Assembly: GCF_051953955.1 (NCBI RefSeq)
Contig: NZ_JBQCIF010000015.1
Location: forward strand, 77,017-141,016
From: Trinickia sp.
GTDB lineage: Bacteria; Pseudomonadota; Gammaproteobacteria; Burkholderiales; Burkholderiaceae
DNA: 64,000 nucleotides
Direction of reading: 5' to 3'
Part shown: one piece after another, positions 9,708 through 21,157 of the stretch
How the letters are laid out: each line of letters starts with the position of its first letter
Position numbering within the stretch: the first letter of the stretch is position 1
The notes under the pieces: model-generated
Database searches by the model: none
What the model saw: the letters and a program-made list of their open reading frames with translations, nothing else
Told to the model about the DNA's origin: nothing
Translations under genes and position numbers: made by a program

Positions 9708-10520
9708 TCAAGCGGGCGGCAGCCGCGCGAGCGCCTCGTCGATCAGCGCATCGAGCAACGGCTCGATCCGTGCGGCGAGCGCATCGTCATAAGCGTAGGG
9801 ACGCGTCTCCTGCATATAGGTGATTTGCGACAGTTCCAGCTGCACGGCATGGATGCCCTGTTCCGGCCTGCCATACTGCCGTGTGATATATCCGCCCTTG
9901 AACCGTCCGTTCGCCACCGCCGTATAGCCGCCGTGTCCGTTCACGCATGCGGCCAACGCCTCGGCCATCCCGGGCGCCGCACTCGTCCCGCCCGCCGTCC
10001 CGAAGTTGAAATCGGGCAACCGGCCCTCGAAAAAGCGCGGCACCTGCGAGCGAATCGAGTGTGCCTCCCACAGCAGCACCGCGCCATGCCGCGCTTTCAT
10101 CTCGGCCAGCGTGCGCGCTAGCGCATCGTGATATGGCTGCCAGTATCGCGCGACGCGACGCGCGGCTTCGGCATCGGTCGGTTCGCCCCCGGGGTGATAA
10201 AGCAGTGCTTTCTCGAACGTATCGATCGGCAGCAAGCCCGTCGTATCCTGCCCCGGGTATAGGTTCGCGTTGTCGGGCGGACGATTGAGGTCGACGACGT
10301 ATCGCGCGTGCGACGGCACGAGCAGCGACGCGCCGCGACGTGCCGCGAACGCATAGAGGCGCTCAAGATGCCAATCGCAGTCGTCGACGTGACGAGCGAC
10401 TTCGGTCATCGTCGCGGCAATGTCGGCGGGAATGTGCGTGCCTACGTGCGGCATCGAAATCAACAGCGGCAGCGTGCCGGGCCGGACGGAAAACACGGCG
10501 GGTTCGAGCGTAGCGTTCAT
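9708..10520 (-). CDS. hutG: N-formylglutamate deformylase
   Basis: 270 aa. 'LLISMPHVGTHIP…CDWHLERLY…LVPSHARYVVDLNR' matches the FGase family. It is the last gene of the hut cluster. Confidence 0.9.
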   Translation of the reverse strand: MNATLEPAVFSVRPGTLPLLISMPHVGTHIPADIAATMTEVARHVDDCDWHLERLYAFAARRGASLLVPSHARYVVDLNRPPDNANLYPGQDTTGLLPIDTFEKALLYHPGGEPTDAEAARRVARYWQPYHDALARTLAEMKARHGAVLLWEAHSIRSQVPRFFEGRLPDFNFGTAGGTSAAPGMAEALAACVNGHGGYTAVANGRFKGGYITRQYGRPEQGIHAVQLELSQITYMQETRPYAYDDALAARIEPLLDALIDEALARLPPA

Positions 10521-10539
10521 CGTGATGGTTCGATCGAGA

Positions 10540-11931
10540 TTAAGCCTTCAATTGCGCGACGGCCTCGCGATAAGCCGCGTAAGCCTCGTCCTCGTCTTCG
10601 TGCCGGCCCTCGTGGACGACACGGCGGCCGCCCGTGTGCACTTCGGCGATCGGCGTGCCGCCGTGCTCGCAAAACACGATGCCTGAGAGCCAATCGCCCG
10701 GTTCGCGTCCGTGCAGGCTCGGATGCGCAACGTCGAGTATGAGCCAATCGGCGCGGCACCCCGGCGCCAGTGCGCCGACGGCTCGCCCGCTCGCCCTCGC
10801 ACCGCCCGCGAGCGCTGCGTGAAAGAGGCGGTCGGCCACTTGCGGCCGCGCCTCGGACGCGAGCACGTTGCGTTGCCGCAGCATGAGACGCTGCCCGTAT
10901 TCGAGCAATCGCAACTCCGCGCGCCAATCGACGGCAACGTGGCTGTCCGAGCCGATGCCGATACACCCGTTCGAGTCGAGGTACCGCCGCGCGGGAAACA
11001 GGCCGTCGCCGAGATTTGCTTCGGTCGTCGGGCAAAGCCCCGCCACGGCGCCGCTGGCCGCCAACGCGGCCGCCTCCGCCTCGTCTACGTGCGTGGCGTG
11101 CACGAGGCACCAGCGCGCGCCGACGTCGAAGCGATCGAGCAGCCAGGCGACAGGGCGTCGGCCGGTGGCGGCAACGCATTCGTCGACTTCGCCGGTCTGC
11201 TCGGCGATATGAATGTGGATCGGCGCGCCGGGCAGATGAGCGTCGAGCCCATGGAGCAGCGCTCGCAGCGAGGCTTCGGATACCGCCCGCAGCGAATGCG
11301 GCGCCACCCCGTAGGCCAATGCGCCGTTCGCCGGCCGCTCGCGCCGCAGCGTCAGCAACAGATCGAGCAGCGATTCCGGCGTATTGAGGAAGCGCCGCTG
11401 ATCGGGGCGCGGCTCGCGCTTGCCGAAGCCGCTGTACTGATAGAGCACCGGCAGCATCGTCATCCCGATGCCGGCTTGCGCTGCGGCATCGACGACACGC
11501 TGCCCGAGTTCCGCCGCGTTTGCATAACGGCTGCCGTCTTGTGCGTGATGCACGTAATGAAACTCGCAGACGGACGTGTAGCCGGCCTTGAGCATCTCGA
11601 CGTAGAGCCATCGTGCGATCGCTTCGAGCCGCTCGGGCGTGATCCGCGCGGCGAACCTGTACATCAGGTCGCGCCAGCTCCAAAAGTTCTCGCTCGCGTG
11701 CGCACGATATTCGGCGAGGCCAGCCATGGCCCGCTGAAACGCGTGCGAATGCAGGTTCGGCATGCCCGGCACGATCGGTCCATCGGCATGCCCGACACCG
11801 GCCGGCGCAGCGACGCCTGGCGTAACGGCCTCGAGGATACCTTCGTCGTTCCATTCGAGCAGCACGTCGCGCCGCCACCCCTGCGGGAGATAGGCGTGCG
11901 CCGCGAACAGCGCGTGGCGATCGTTCCTCAC
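10540..11931 (-). CDS. hutF: Formimidoylglutamate deiminase
   Basis: Amidohydrolase-fold protein ('…[20 protein letters not shown]…'). The GTG start at 11931 overlaps the hutI stop (GTGA). The track ORF extends to 12588, but that part overlaps hutI in another frame. Confidence 0.85.
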   Translation of the reverse strand: MRNDRHALFAAHAYLPQGWRRDVLLEWNDEGILEAVTPGVAAPAGVGHADGPIVPGMPNLHSHAFQRAMAGLAEYRAHASENFWSWRDLMYRFAARITPERLEAIARWLYVEMLKAGYTSVCEFHYVHHAQDGSRYANAAELGQRVVDAAAQAGIGMTMLPVLYQYSGFGKREPRPDQRRFLNTPESLLDLLLTLRRERPANGALAYGVAPHSLRAVSEASLRALLHGLDAHLPGAPIHIHIAEQTGEVDECVAATGRRPVAWLLDRFDVGARWCLVHATHVDEAEAAALAASGAVAGLCPTTEANLGDGLFPARRYLDSNGCIGIGSDSHVAVDWRAELRLLEYGQRLMLRQRNVLASEARPQVADRLFHAALAGGARASGRAVGALAPGCRADWLILDVAHPSLHGREPGDWLSGIVFCEHGGTPIAEVHTGGRRVVHEGRHEDEDEAYAAYREAVAQLKA

Positions 11932-13214
11932 TTCGTCGTCCTTTCGAGCGAATCGGCCCGAGAATCGGCCCCCGCATCGGGCCGGCCTGCCGCCGATCCG
12001 GCCGGGGCGCGATGAACCGTTGCTCCCGCACGCACGACGCGTGCCGCCAGCGGACGGCCTATCCAGTAAGCGAGCTCGGCCAGCGTACTGACCGACCAAG
12101 CAACGAAGTCGGCCTGCCGGCCCGGGGCCAGCTCGCCATGATGCTCGCTTCGGCCCAATGCGCGCGCCGCATGGCGCGTGACGCCCTGCAGCACTTCGGG
12201 CACCGTCAGGCGAAATAGCGTACAGCCTAGATTCAGCATCGCGAGCAGCGACGTAGCGGGCGACGTGCCGGGGTTGCTGTCCGTCGCGAGCGCGATCGGC
12301 ACGCCGTAGCGGCGCAGCCAATCGATCGGCGGCAGTTGCGTCTCCCGGATGAAATAGTAGGCGCCCGGCAACAGCACCGCGACGGTCCCCGCCTCTTTCA
12401 TCGCCCGCACCCCGGCCTCGTCGAGAAACTCCAGGTGATCGGCCGACAACGCGCGATAGCGTGCGGCCAGCGCCGTGCCGCCCGACAGGCTCAACTGCTC
12501 GGCGTGCATCTTGACGGGCAAGCCCAACCGCTGCGCCGCCAAGAGCACGCGCTCGCTTTGCGCGAGCGTAAAGCCGATGCGCTCGCAAAAGACGTCGACG
12601 GCATCGACGAGTCCTTCATCGGCCAATGCCGGTAGCATGCGCTCGCACACTTCGTCGATGTACGCATCGGGCCGCCCCGCGAATTCGGGCGGCAACGCAT
12701 GGGCTCCGAGAAACGTCGTATAGACGGCGACGGGATACCGTTGCCCGAGCGAGCGCGCCACGCGCAGCATCTTGCGCTCGCTCGCTAGGTCGAGTCCGTA
12801 GCCCGACTTGATCTCGATCGCGCCGACGCCCTCGGCGAGTAGCGGCGTCAGCCGCGCCGCGGCCGATGCGATCAAGGTGTCCTCATCGGCCGCGCGCGTG
12901 GCGCGCACCGTCGACACGATCCCGCCTCCGCGCTGCGCGATCTCCTCGTAACTGGCTCCGGCGAGCCGCTGCGCGAATTCGTCGGCGCGATGACCGCCAT
13001 AGACGAGGTGCGTGTGACAATCGACGAGGCTCGGCGTGACCCATGCGCCGCCGAGGTCTTCGCGCGGCCACGCGTCGAACTCGCGCGGCAAATCGCGTGC
13101 GGCGCCGAGCCACGCGATCGTACCGCCGCGCACGGCCAACGCCGCATCGACGATCGACTCGCCGGGATCGCCGCGCGGGCAAAGATTCAGATGATGCCAA
13201 ACCAGGTCGCTCAT
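11928..13214 (-). CDS. hutI: Imidazolonepropionase
   Basis: '…[22 protein letters not shown]…[12 protein letters not shown]…' is the HutI metal-binding signature. 428 aa with a short Ala/Gly-rich C-terminal tail. Confidence 0.9.
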   Translation of the reverse strand: MSDLVWHHLNLCPRGDPGESIVDAALAVRGGTIAWLGAARDLPREFDAWPREDLGGAWVTPSLVDCHTHLVYGGHRADEFAQRLAGASYEEIAQRGGGIVSTVRATRAADEDTLIASAAARLTPLLAEGVGAIEIKSGYGLDLASERKMLRVARSLGQRYPVAVYTTFLGAHALPPEFAGRPDAYIDEVCERMLPALADEGLVDAVDVFCERIGFTLAQSERVLLAAQRLGLPVKMHAEQLSLSGGTALAARYRALSADHLEFLDEAGVRAMKEAGTVAVLLPGAYYFIRETQLPPIDWLRRYGVPIALATDSNPGTSPATSLLAMLNLGCTLFRLTVPEVLQGVTRHAARALGRSEHHGELAPGRQADFVAWSVSTLAELAYWIGRPLAARVVRAGATVHRAPAGSAAGRPDAGADSRADSLERTTK

Positions 13215-13275
13215 ATTGACCTCGAAATATTTGCCACAGAGCTCGGCGCGAGCGGCGCCCGCTCGCCGCCCCGCC

Positions 13276-13956
13276 TCATGCGTAGTGCAGCAGCACGGCC
13301 AGCGCGGCGCCGTCGCCCGTCACCTGGCATGCAAGCGCACGCGGTGCATCGAGCACGAGCGTATCGAGCGCACCGAGCGTCGCCTGCATCGGCAGCGCCT
13401 TCGCATGACCGTGCGTCGCGCTCGCACGCCGAAGACGCACATCGAGCGAACCGCGCGCGCAGAACACGAGCGCGACGTCCGCGTCGAGCGTATGCGTGCC
13501 CGCGCCCTCCCAGACCTGCAACGCACCACGCGCACGGTCGCGCCGCACCATCAGGTTGAAGTCGCGCGTCGGGCCGTCGATGAGCTGAGCATCGACCGCC
13601 GCTCCGCCGTCGAACTGCGCCGCGGAAAGCGGCACCGTCAATAGCTGCGTCGTGCCGTGGGCTTCCGTCAGATGCATCCCCGCGCCGGCCAACAGCACGA
13701 GCGTCCGATCGATGCCCGGAAAGCGCGAAAACGGCCCCGCCCGTTCGACGTCGGCCACGCTTATGCGCCAGACGAACGTATCGAGGCTGGCGCCCACCGG
13801 ATACGCGGCAATCTCGCGCGTCACGCCGCCACCGTTCTTCCAGGCCGTTGCCTTCAACGCGTTCGCGCGCACGATCCGCAGCGGCATCCGCGAAGCAAGC
13901 GCTGCCGGCACGTCATGGAGCGCGGCATCGTGCACCGCCCGCGATCGCGCACTCAT
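13276..13956 (-). CDS. hutD: HutD-family protein
   Basis: '…[18 protein letters not shown]…[10 protein letters not shown]…[16 protein letters not shown]' matches the HutD family. It sits between hutU and hutI. Confidence 0.8.
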   Translation of the reverse strand: MSARSRAVHDAALHDVPAALASRMPLRIVRANALKATAWKNGGGVTREIAAYPVGASLDTFVWRISVADVERAGPFSRFPGIDRTLVLLAGAGMHLTEAHGTTQLLTVPLSAAQFDGGAAVDAQLIDGPTRDFNLMVRRDRARGALQVWEGAGTHTLDADVALVFCARGSLDVRLRRASATHGHAKALPMQATLGALDTLVLDAPRALACQVTGDGAALAVLLHYA

Positions 13957-13960
13957 CGCA

Positions 13961-15649
<1,689 letters not shown>

Positions 15650-15672
15650 GAGAGTCCTCGGCTCGGTTCGGC

Positions 15673-16386
15673 TCAAAAATGGCCCGTGAAGCGATAACGG
15701 CTGCCCGGGTGCCACAGGTCGACCACGGAAGCGACCTGTTCGCGCGACCACGTGCGCCGATGCAAGACGAGACACGGCTCGCTATCGTCCATGCACAACT
15801 GACTGCGCGTATCGGCTTCGGGCTGCGCGGCTTCGATTCGGTACTCGACGCGCTGCAGCGGCGCCACGCGCGTCAGATATTGGTTCGGCGTGACCGACGA
15901 GAAATCCTGCAGCCCGTATTCGGGGGCGACGGCCGCATTCACCCAGCGCGCCTCGAGCTGCACGGGCTCGTCGTTCTCGAAATGCAGCACGCGCGAATGA
16001 AACACGGCGCTGCCCGGCGCAACTCGCATTTCGTCGGCCAGCGTCTCGCTCGCGACGGCGGCCCCGAGTTCGAGCACCTTTGCGTGATGCCGATGGCCGC
16101 GCGCGGCGATCTCGTCCGAAATGCTGCGTATCGCCACGAGCGTCGATTCGTACTTGGGCCGCGCGACGAACGTGCCCGCGCCTTGCACACGCGTGAGCAC
16201 CTGCTCAGCCGTCAATTCGCGCAAGGCACGGTTCACCGTCATCCGTGCCACCTTGAACTCGCGCGCAAGCTCGTTCTCGGACGGCACCTGGTCACCTTCG
16301 GCCCACTCGCCCGAATGAATGCGTGCGAGGATGAAATCCTTGATGCTCTGATACGCGGGTCCGGCCATCTCTTTGACGCTACTCAT
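15673..16386 (-). CDS. hutC: Histidine utilisation repressor (GntR/HutC family)
   Basis: GntR wHTH '[27 protein letters not shown]' plus a UTRA-like C-terminal domain. It is embedded in the hut cluster. Confidence 0.9.
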   Translation of the reverse strand: MSSVKEMAGPAYQSIKDFILARIHSGEWAEGDQVPSENELAREFKVARMTVNRALRELTAEQVLTRVQGAGTFVARPKYESTLVAIRSISDEIAARGHRHHAKVLELGAAVASETLADEMRVAPGSAVFHSRVLHFENDEPVQLEARWVNAAVAPEYGLQDFSSVTPNQYLTRVAPLQRVEYRIEAAQPEADTRSQLCMDDSEPCLVLHRRTWSREQVASVVDLWHPGSRYRFTGHF

Positions 16387-16389
16387 GGC

Positions 16390-17937
16390 TCACGCGGCCA
16401 CGGCCGCTTCGGACGCGAACGAGAGCGGGCATGCCTGCGCGATCGTGCCGTGCACGACGAGTTCGGCGATGCACTCGATATCGGGCGCGAAGTAGCGATC
16501 GAGGTCGTAATGCGGCACGTGCGCGCGCAGCGTGTCCATGACGCCCTGCAGCGCGCCGCTCGTGCGGTGCGGCGCGCGCAGGTCGACGCCTTGCGCGGCG
16601 GCCAGCAACTCGATCGCGAGGATGTTCGCGGTGTTTTCGGCAATGTCGGCGAGCTTGCGCGCGGCGAACGTCGCCATCGAGACGTGATCTTCCTGATTCG
16701 CCGACGTCGGTAGCGAATCGACCGATGCCGGGTGCGCGAGCGTCTTGTTCTCGGACGCCAGCGCGGCTGCCGTGACGTGCGCGATCATGAAGCCCGAGTT
16801 GACGCCGCCGTCCTTGACGAGGAACGGGGGCAGCCCCGACAGCGTCGCGTCGATCAGCAGCGCGATGCGGCGCTCGGCCAGCGCGCCGATCTCGGCGGCA
16901 GCTAGCGCGAGGTTGTCCGCGGCGAAGGCCACGGGTTCGGCGTGGAAGTTGCCGCCCGACAGCACTTCGCCGGTATCGGGGAACACGAGCGGATTATCGG
17001 AAACCGCGTTCGCTTCGATCAACAGCACCTCGGCCGCGTGGCGCATTTGGTCCAGGCACGCGCCCATCACCTGAGGCTGGCAGCGCAGGCTGTAGGGGTC
17101 CTGCACTTTGCCGCAGTCACGGTGCGACAGGTTGATGCCCGAGCCGTCGAGCAGCGCGCGGTAGGCGGCGGCCGCTTCGATCTGGCCGCGATGGCCTCGC
17201 AGCGCGTGAATTCGGGCATCGAACGGCTTCACCGAGCCCGCGGCCGCATCGACCGACAGCGCGCCCGCGACGAGCCCCGTGCGGAACAGATCCTCGATCG
17301 CGAACATATTGAACAGCGCGAGCGCCGTCGACGCTTGCGTGCCGTTCAATAGCGCAAGTCCCTCCTTCGCCTGCAGCGCCAGCGGTGCAAGGCCCGCGAG
17401 CCGCAGCCCCTCGGTCGCGCTCATGCGCTCGCCGCCGGCCGTCACTTCGCCGATGCCGAGCAGCACGGCCGACATATGCGCGAGCGGCGCCAAATCGCCC
17501 GACGCACCGACCGAGCCCTTGACGGGGATGATCGGCAGCACGTCGGCGTTCACCAGTGTGACGAGCGCGTCCATCACTTCGCCGCGAATGCCCGAGTGCC
17601 CGCGCCCGAGACTCGAGAGCTTCAGCGCAATCAGCAGCCGCACGACGGGCGCGGACATCGGCTCGCCGACACCGACGGCGTGCGACAGCACGAGATTGCG
17701 CTGCAGCAGTTCGAGCTGATCATGCGGAATATGAGTGCTGGCAAGGCGGCCGAACCCGGTATTGATCCCGTAGGCGGGTTCCCCCTTCGCGGCGATGTCG
17801 GCCACCGCCTTGGCGCCGGCATCGATGACGGCGCGGCTGGCGGGATCGAGCGTAAGCGTGACGCGCTCGCGTGCGATGCGGCGCAGTTGGGGCAGCGTCA
17901 AATGTCCGGGGGTGAGAATCATCGTGGAAGGCGTCAT
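16390..17937 (-). CDS. hutH: Histidine ammonia-lyase
   Basis: 515 aa. '[14 protein letters not shown]' contains the Ala-Ser-Gly MIO-forming triad. The exact start is uncertain (ATG at 17937 or 17922) and neither has a clear SD. Confidence 0.95.
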   Translation of the reverse strand: MTPSTMILTPGHLTLPQLRRIARERVTLTLDPASRAVIDAGAKAVADIAAKGEPAYGINTGFGRLASTHIPHDQLELLQRNLVLSHAVGVGEPMSAPVVRLLIALKLSSLGRGHSGIRGEVMDALVTLVNADVLPIIPVKGSVGASGDLAPLAHMSAVLLGIGEVTAGGERMSATEGLRLAGLAPLALQAKEGLALLNGTQASTALALFNMFAIEDLFRTGLVAGALSVDAAAGSVKPFDARIHALRGHRGQIEAAAAYRALLDGSGINLSHRDCGKVQDPYSLRCQPQVMGACLDQMRHAAEVLLIEANAVSDNPLVFPDTGEVLSGGNFHAEPVAFAADNLALAAAEIGALAERRIALLIDATLSGLPPFLVKDGGVNSGFMIAHVTAAALASENKTLAHPASVDSLPTSANQEDHVSMATFAARKLADIAENTANILAIELLAAAQGVDLRAPHRTSGALQGVMDTLRAHVPHYDLDRYFAPDIECIAELVVHGTIAQACPLSFASEAAVAA

Positions 17938-17940
17938 GTT

Positions 17941-17964
17941 CGTGCTGTCGTGCTGTCGTGCTGT
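17941..17964. repeat. 3 perfect tandem copies of the 8-mer cgtgctgt, immediately upstream of hutH
   Basis: Read directly: cgtgctgt at 17941-48, 17949-56 and 17957-64, followed by a degenerate tgctg. Confidence 0.7.
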
Positions 17965-18049
17965 TGCTGACTATGTGGACGGGGCGGTGAACCGCCGCGG
18001 AAATTGCCCGCGTCGGGCTCCGATTTGTTAGCGAGTCTAGTGCGGTCAG

Positions 18050-18063
18050 CTTGTATATACAAG
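18050..18063. promoter_or_regulatory. Candidate HutC operator
   Basis: Perfect 14-bp palindrome CTTGTATATACAAG about 113 nt upstream of hutH. It contains the TGTA…TACA core known for HutC/GntR-type operators. Confidence 0.6.
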
Positions 18064-18242
18064 TCGTTTCCACCGAAATCGAACTAGGGTTATTACTAGG
18101 AAACGGCGCATTGCCGCAGTAGGTACGAGCCGTGCTCCGAGCAGGGTGGGATCGGTGCGAGGTTGAGCGCTGCGCGCCGCCGTGGCAGCCTGCCCGGCAC
18201 GGCCGAGAATCCCGGCATCACGGAGCGGCACGATCGACGACC

Positions 18243-18446
18243 ATGAACAAGACGCAAGGACAACGACAGCGGATGGACCTCATCGAACTCGCGCGCGAGT
18301 CGGGCATGGCTGTGCTGCTCGACGCCAAAATCGGCCGCGAGCAATACGTGAGCGTGAGCGGGTCGCTCAACGCACTCGCGCGCTTCGCGGACGCGGTCCG
18401 CGGCGAATCGGACGAAAACGGGCCCGACGACGACAAGGACGCTTGA
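18243..18446 (+). CDS. Small hypothetical protein (67 aa)
   Basis: In-frame ATG at 18243 within the track ORF 18132..18446. The protein (MNKTQGQRQRMDLIELARESGMAVLLDAKIGREQYVSVSG…) has plausible composition and an acidic tail. No family was recognised. Confidence 0.4.
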   Translation: MNKTQGQRQRMDLIELARESGMAVLLDAKIGREQYVSVSGSLNALARFADAVRGESDENGPDDDKDA

Positions 18447-18645
18447 CGGCGGCCCCCTCTCCGGCGCCACGCCTACCGCCCGCCGCCTCCCGGCAGCCGC
18501 TCGACGGGCGGCGCTGCGCGTGGCCAAAGGGCGCCTACCAAAGATGTCAGTTACGGATTCGCATAAGAATGGCTTAAATCCGGCACGTCCCCCCTGTGCT
18601 CCGCGCGAGCGCATTCCCCTCCGACACTTTCGCATGAGGTAGACG

Positions 18646-19461
18646 ATGGCAACGCCTCTCGTTCGACTTGCGCCGCTCGATTTGATCCGCGGCTTCGTTG
18701 CGGTCGGCCGTCGCATGAGCGTCACGCTCGCGGCCGAGGACTTGTGCTTGACGCAATCGGCGGTCAGCCGGCAAATTCATTCACTCGAAAATGCGCTCGG
18801 CGTGCCGCTGTTTCATCGCGGCTACCGCTCGATTTCCTTCACGACCGCCGGCGAGCGTCTATTCCGCACGGCCGACGGCGTCGTGCGCGAGCTGCAGGGT
18901 GCGTTCGATGCCATCATGCGCCCCGCCGAGAAGCAGCCGGTGACCATCACGGCCGGCATCGGCGTGACGGGCCTCTGGCTGCTGCCGCGCCTCTCGCAAC
19001 TGCAGCGCAGCCATCCCATGCTCGACGTGCGCGTCGCGGCCAACGACAAGGTGCTCGATTTGCGCACCGAGCGCGTCGATCTGGCGATCCGCTATGCCGA
19101 CGCCGCCGATGCGCCGACGGGCGCGACGCGCCTGTTCGACGATACGGCGCTGGCCGCCGCCGATCCCTCCGGCAGCCTCAGGCAGCCCGACGCTGATCAG
19201 GCGAAGCGCGAGCAGCACGCGTATTGGCTCGTGCAGGCGGAGGCAGCACCTCGGCAAGACGTCCGAGATGTCGCGCACTGGATCGTCGAGCAAGCGCGAG
19301 CGGCTGCGGTAGCCGCTGCGAGCACCCGCCAATCCATGCGCTCGTCACTTTCCACGGCCGGGAATGGCGCTCATGGGGCGCCGCCGCACGGTCAGCAGGG
19401 CAGCGCCGCGCAGGGTGCCGTAGACGCAGCGGTGTCCGGGGAGCGCGTGGCGCTGTCCTGA
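18646..19461 (+). CDS. LysR-family regulator with aberrant C-terminus (possible pseudogene)
   Basis: About 165 N-terminal residues are good LysR (HTH 'RRMSVTLAAEDLCLTQSAVSRQIHSLENALGVPLFHR', then 'VTITAGIGVTGLWLLPRLSQLQRSHPMLDVRVAAND…VDLAIRY'). After '…ATRLFDDTAL' the sequence becomes low-complexity Ala/Gln/Arg-rich and does not look like the rest of an effector domain. Confidence 0.55.
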   Translation: MATPLVRLAPLDLIRGFVAVGRRMSVTLAAEDLCLTQSAVSRQIHSLENALGVPLFHRGYRSISFTTAGERLFRTADGVVRELQGAFDAIMRPAEKQPVTITAGIGVTGLWLLPRLSQLQRSHPMLDVRVAANDKVLDLRTERVDLAIRYADAADAPTGATRLFDDTALAAADPSGSLRQPDADQAKREQHAYWLVQAEAAPRQDVRDVAHWIVEQARAAAVAAASTRQSMRSSLSTAGNGAHGAPPHGQQGSAAQGAVDAAVSGERVALS

Positions 19462-19966
19462 TCGTCGTCAAAACGATTACAACCCGGGACAACCCGAGCC
19501 GGCGCAGGCACGATGTGGTAACCGCGCAACGAACCGCGGGGGGCTCGGCCGGCTTCCGTGAGCCGCCGCCGTTCTAGATTCGCTCGCGCCGCGCGATACG
19601 AACCGTCTGCCACACTTTGGCACAGACGCTTCAGACCTTTCTGACGCGCCACGCATGGGCGCGTGGCAGCCGCCATTCAGCCACGGCGCCCGTCAATGCG
19701 GCCCGCGATTCGACATGACCGCGATCGCCGCTCGGTTTTGAGAACGGGACTTCAAAGTCTTTTGGTTCAATCGTTCGTCTCGTTGGATATGCCGATACGT
19801 TCGCCATATGCGAAGCCCGAGAATGGCATGTCGGCAATATCCGCCAAGCGAATTCGAGGATGCCTCGAATATCCGTGAAAACGAATTGGGACGTTCGGAA
19901 AGCCCGGCTAAGTGCGACCCAGTGCGACTAAGAGCGCGACAAACCTACCGCGATCGACGGATCGCA

Positions 19967-20680
19967 TCATTGCAACAAGCCGAGCATCGCGGCACGCACC
20001 ACGGCGGCAGTTTTGTTCGTCGTCTTCAGCTTCGTCACGGCGTTCTTGACATGAAAATTGACCGTATCGACCGAGATCACGAGGATCGTCGAAATCTCCC
20101 CTGAGGTCTTGCCGTCGGCCGCCCATTTGAGCACCTCCACCTCACGCTCGGTGAGTTCGCGCTCCGGGTCCGCCATCAAGGACGGCATCAGCACGCGCTT
20201 GAGGGATAGATGCGCCGTGCTGACGAGCCAACGCATCTTGACTTCGTTTTCGGCCAACTCCGTCGCCGTGAGCGGTTTGCTCGAACGCGCCAGCGTCAGC
20301 ATTCCGCCCACCCCGCAGCTGTCGAACGCCGACTGCGCCCACCCATGCCGCAATCCATGCGATTTCGCCTCGCGCCATAGTTCGGGCGCGCAGCTGAACA
20401 ACGCCTCGCTCCAGACGATCGGCGATTGCGAACGGCGGGCGTGCCGCACCGTTGGATCGATATCGAAGTAGCGCGCTTCCTGGTAGCGCTTTTGCCATGC
20501 TTCCGGGTAGTTGCTCAGCCAACGCATTCTCGGCTTGGATAGCGGCCACGGCGCGCGTAAGGCATACGCGCAGAACTCGAACCCCAAGCCCTCGGCCGCG
20601 GTCTCGATCTTGCCGAAGAGCTCCGTGTCGGCGTTCGCGTGATTCAAATCGTGCAGCAGTTCCTCGGCCCAACTTTTCAT
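19967..20680 (-). CDS. LuxR-family regulator (autoinducer-binding domain + LuxR HTH); no adjacent synthase (solo)
   Basis: The ATG at 20680 is preceded by 'aaggagagaaaa'. 'NYPEAWQKRYQEARYFDIDPTV…IVW' keeps the W/Y/D-P/W pocket pattern of AHL receptors. The C-terminal 'LTEREVEVLKWAADGKTSGEISTILVISVDTVNFHVKNAVTKL' is a LuxR/GerE HTH. Confidence 0.85.
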   Translation of the reverse strand: MKSWAEELLHDLNHANADTELFGKIETAAEGLGFEFCAYALRAPWPLSKPRMRWLSNYPEAWQKRYQEARYFDIDPTVRHARRSQSPIVWSEALFSCAPELWREAKSHGLRHGWAQSAFDSCGVGGMLTLARSSKPLTATELAENEVKMRWLVSTAHLSLKRVLMPSLMADPERELTEREVEVLKWAADGKTSGEISTILVISVDTVNFHVKNAVTKLKTTNKTAAVVRAAMLGLLQ

Positions 20681-21157
20681 TTTTCTCTCCTTGCCGACGC
20701 ACGCGAAATGCCATTGCATCGGCCTCGCCTTCGCATCCATCAATGCCCGCCGTCATCGATTAAATCGGCCGTATCATCTCATAATTATGGCGAATGGTTA
20801 ATCGAATCAAATTCGTGCAAGTATTCGACTTTTTCGACGGAAATTAATACCGATATTTATTTAATCAGTCGTAAAATGCGTCATATTTACGCGCAATGGC
20901 GGCATGCAAAGTACGTGGATTTAAACGAGGTGGCAGCGCGCAGCGCGCGAGGCCGCCCGGTCGCGGCCGAAAGCGACCGCGGGCGTGGCCGTTGCCGAAT
21001 CGAACCTTGGGTAGGAACACCGTCGCCACGGGCCATGCAAGCGTCGCAAAAATCATGCGTGCGATAGGGCACATCATCGTGCACAGGCGTCCGGCTCGTG
21101 ATTAAACTATGGTGAGCGTCGTCTGCGCGATGGCGACGCCGCCCACGGAGCCTCATC

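Noticed and set aside
10540-12588. 682-aa track ORF suggesting a much longer hutF product.
   Set aside because: The first ~219 codons overlap hutI in a different frame and are Arg/Ala/Gly-rich with no family resemblance. Recognisable HutF sequence begins at the GTG at 11931, which overlaps the hutI stop.
19608-19633. TGCCA-N5-TGGCA palindrome and a TGGCAC element resembling a sigma-54 -24 box in the non-coding stretch after the degenerate LysR gene.
   Set aside because: The -12 region reads CTTCA rather than TTGCA/W at the required spacing. No downstream gene is in the right orientation and distance.
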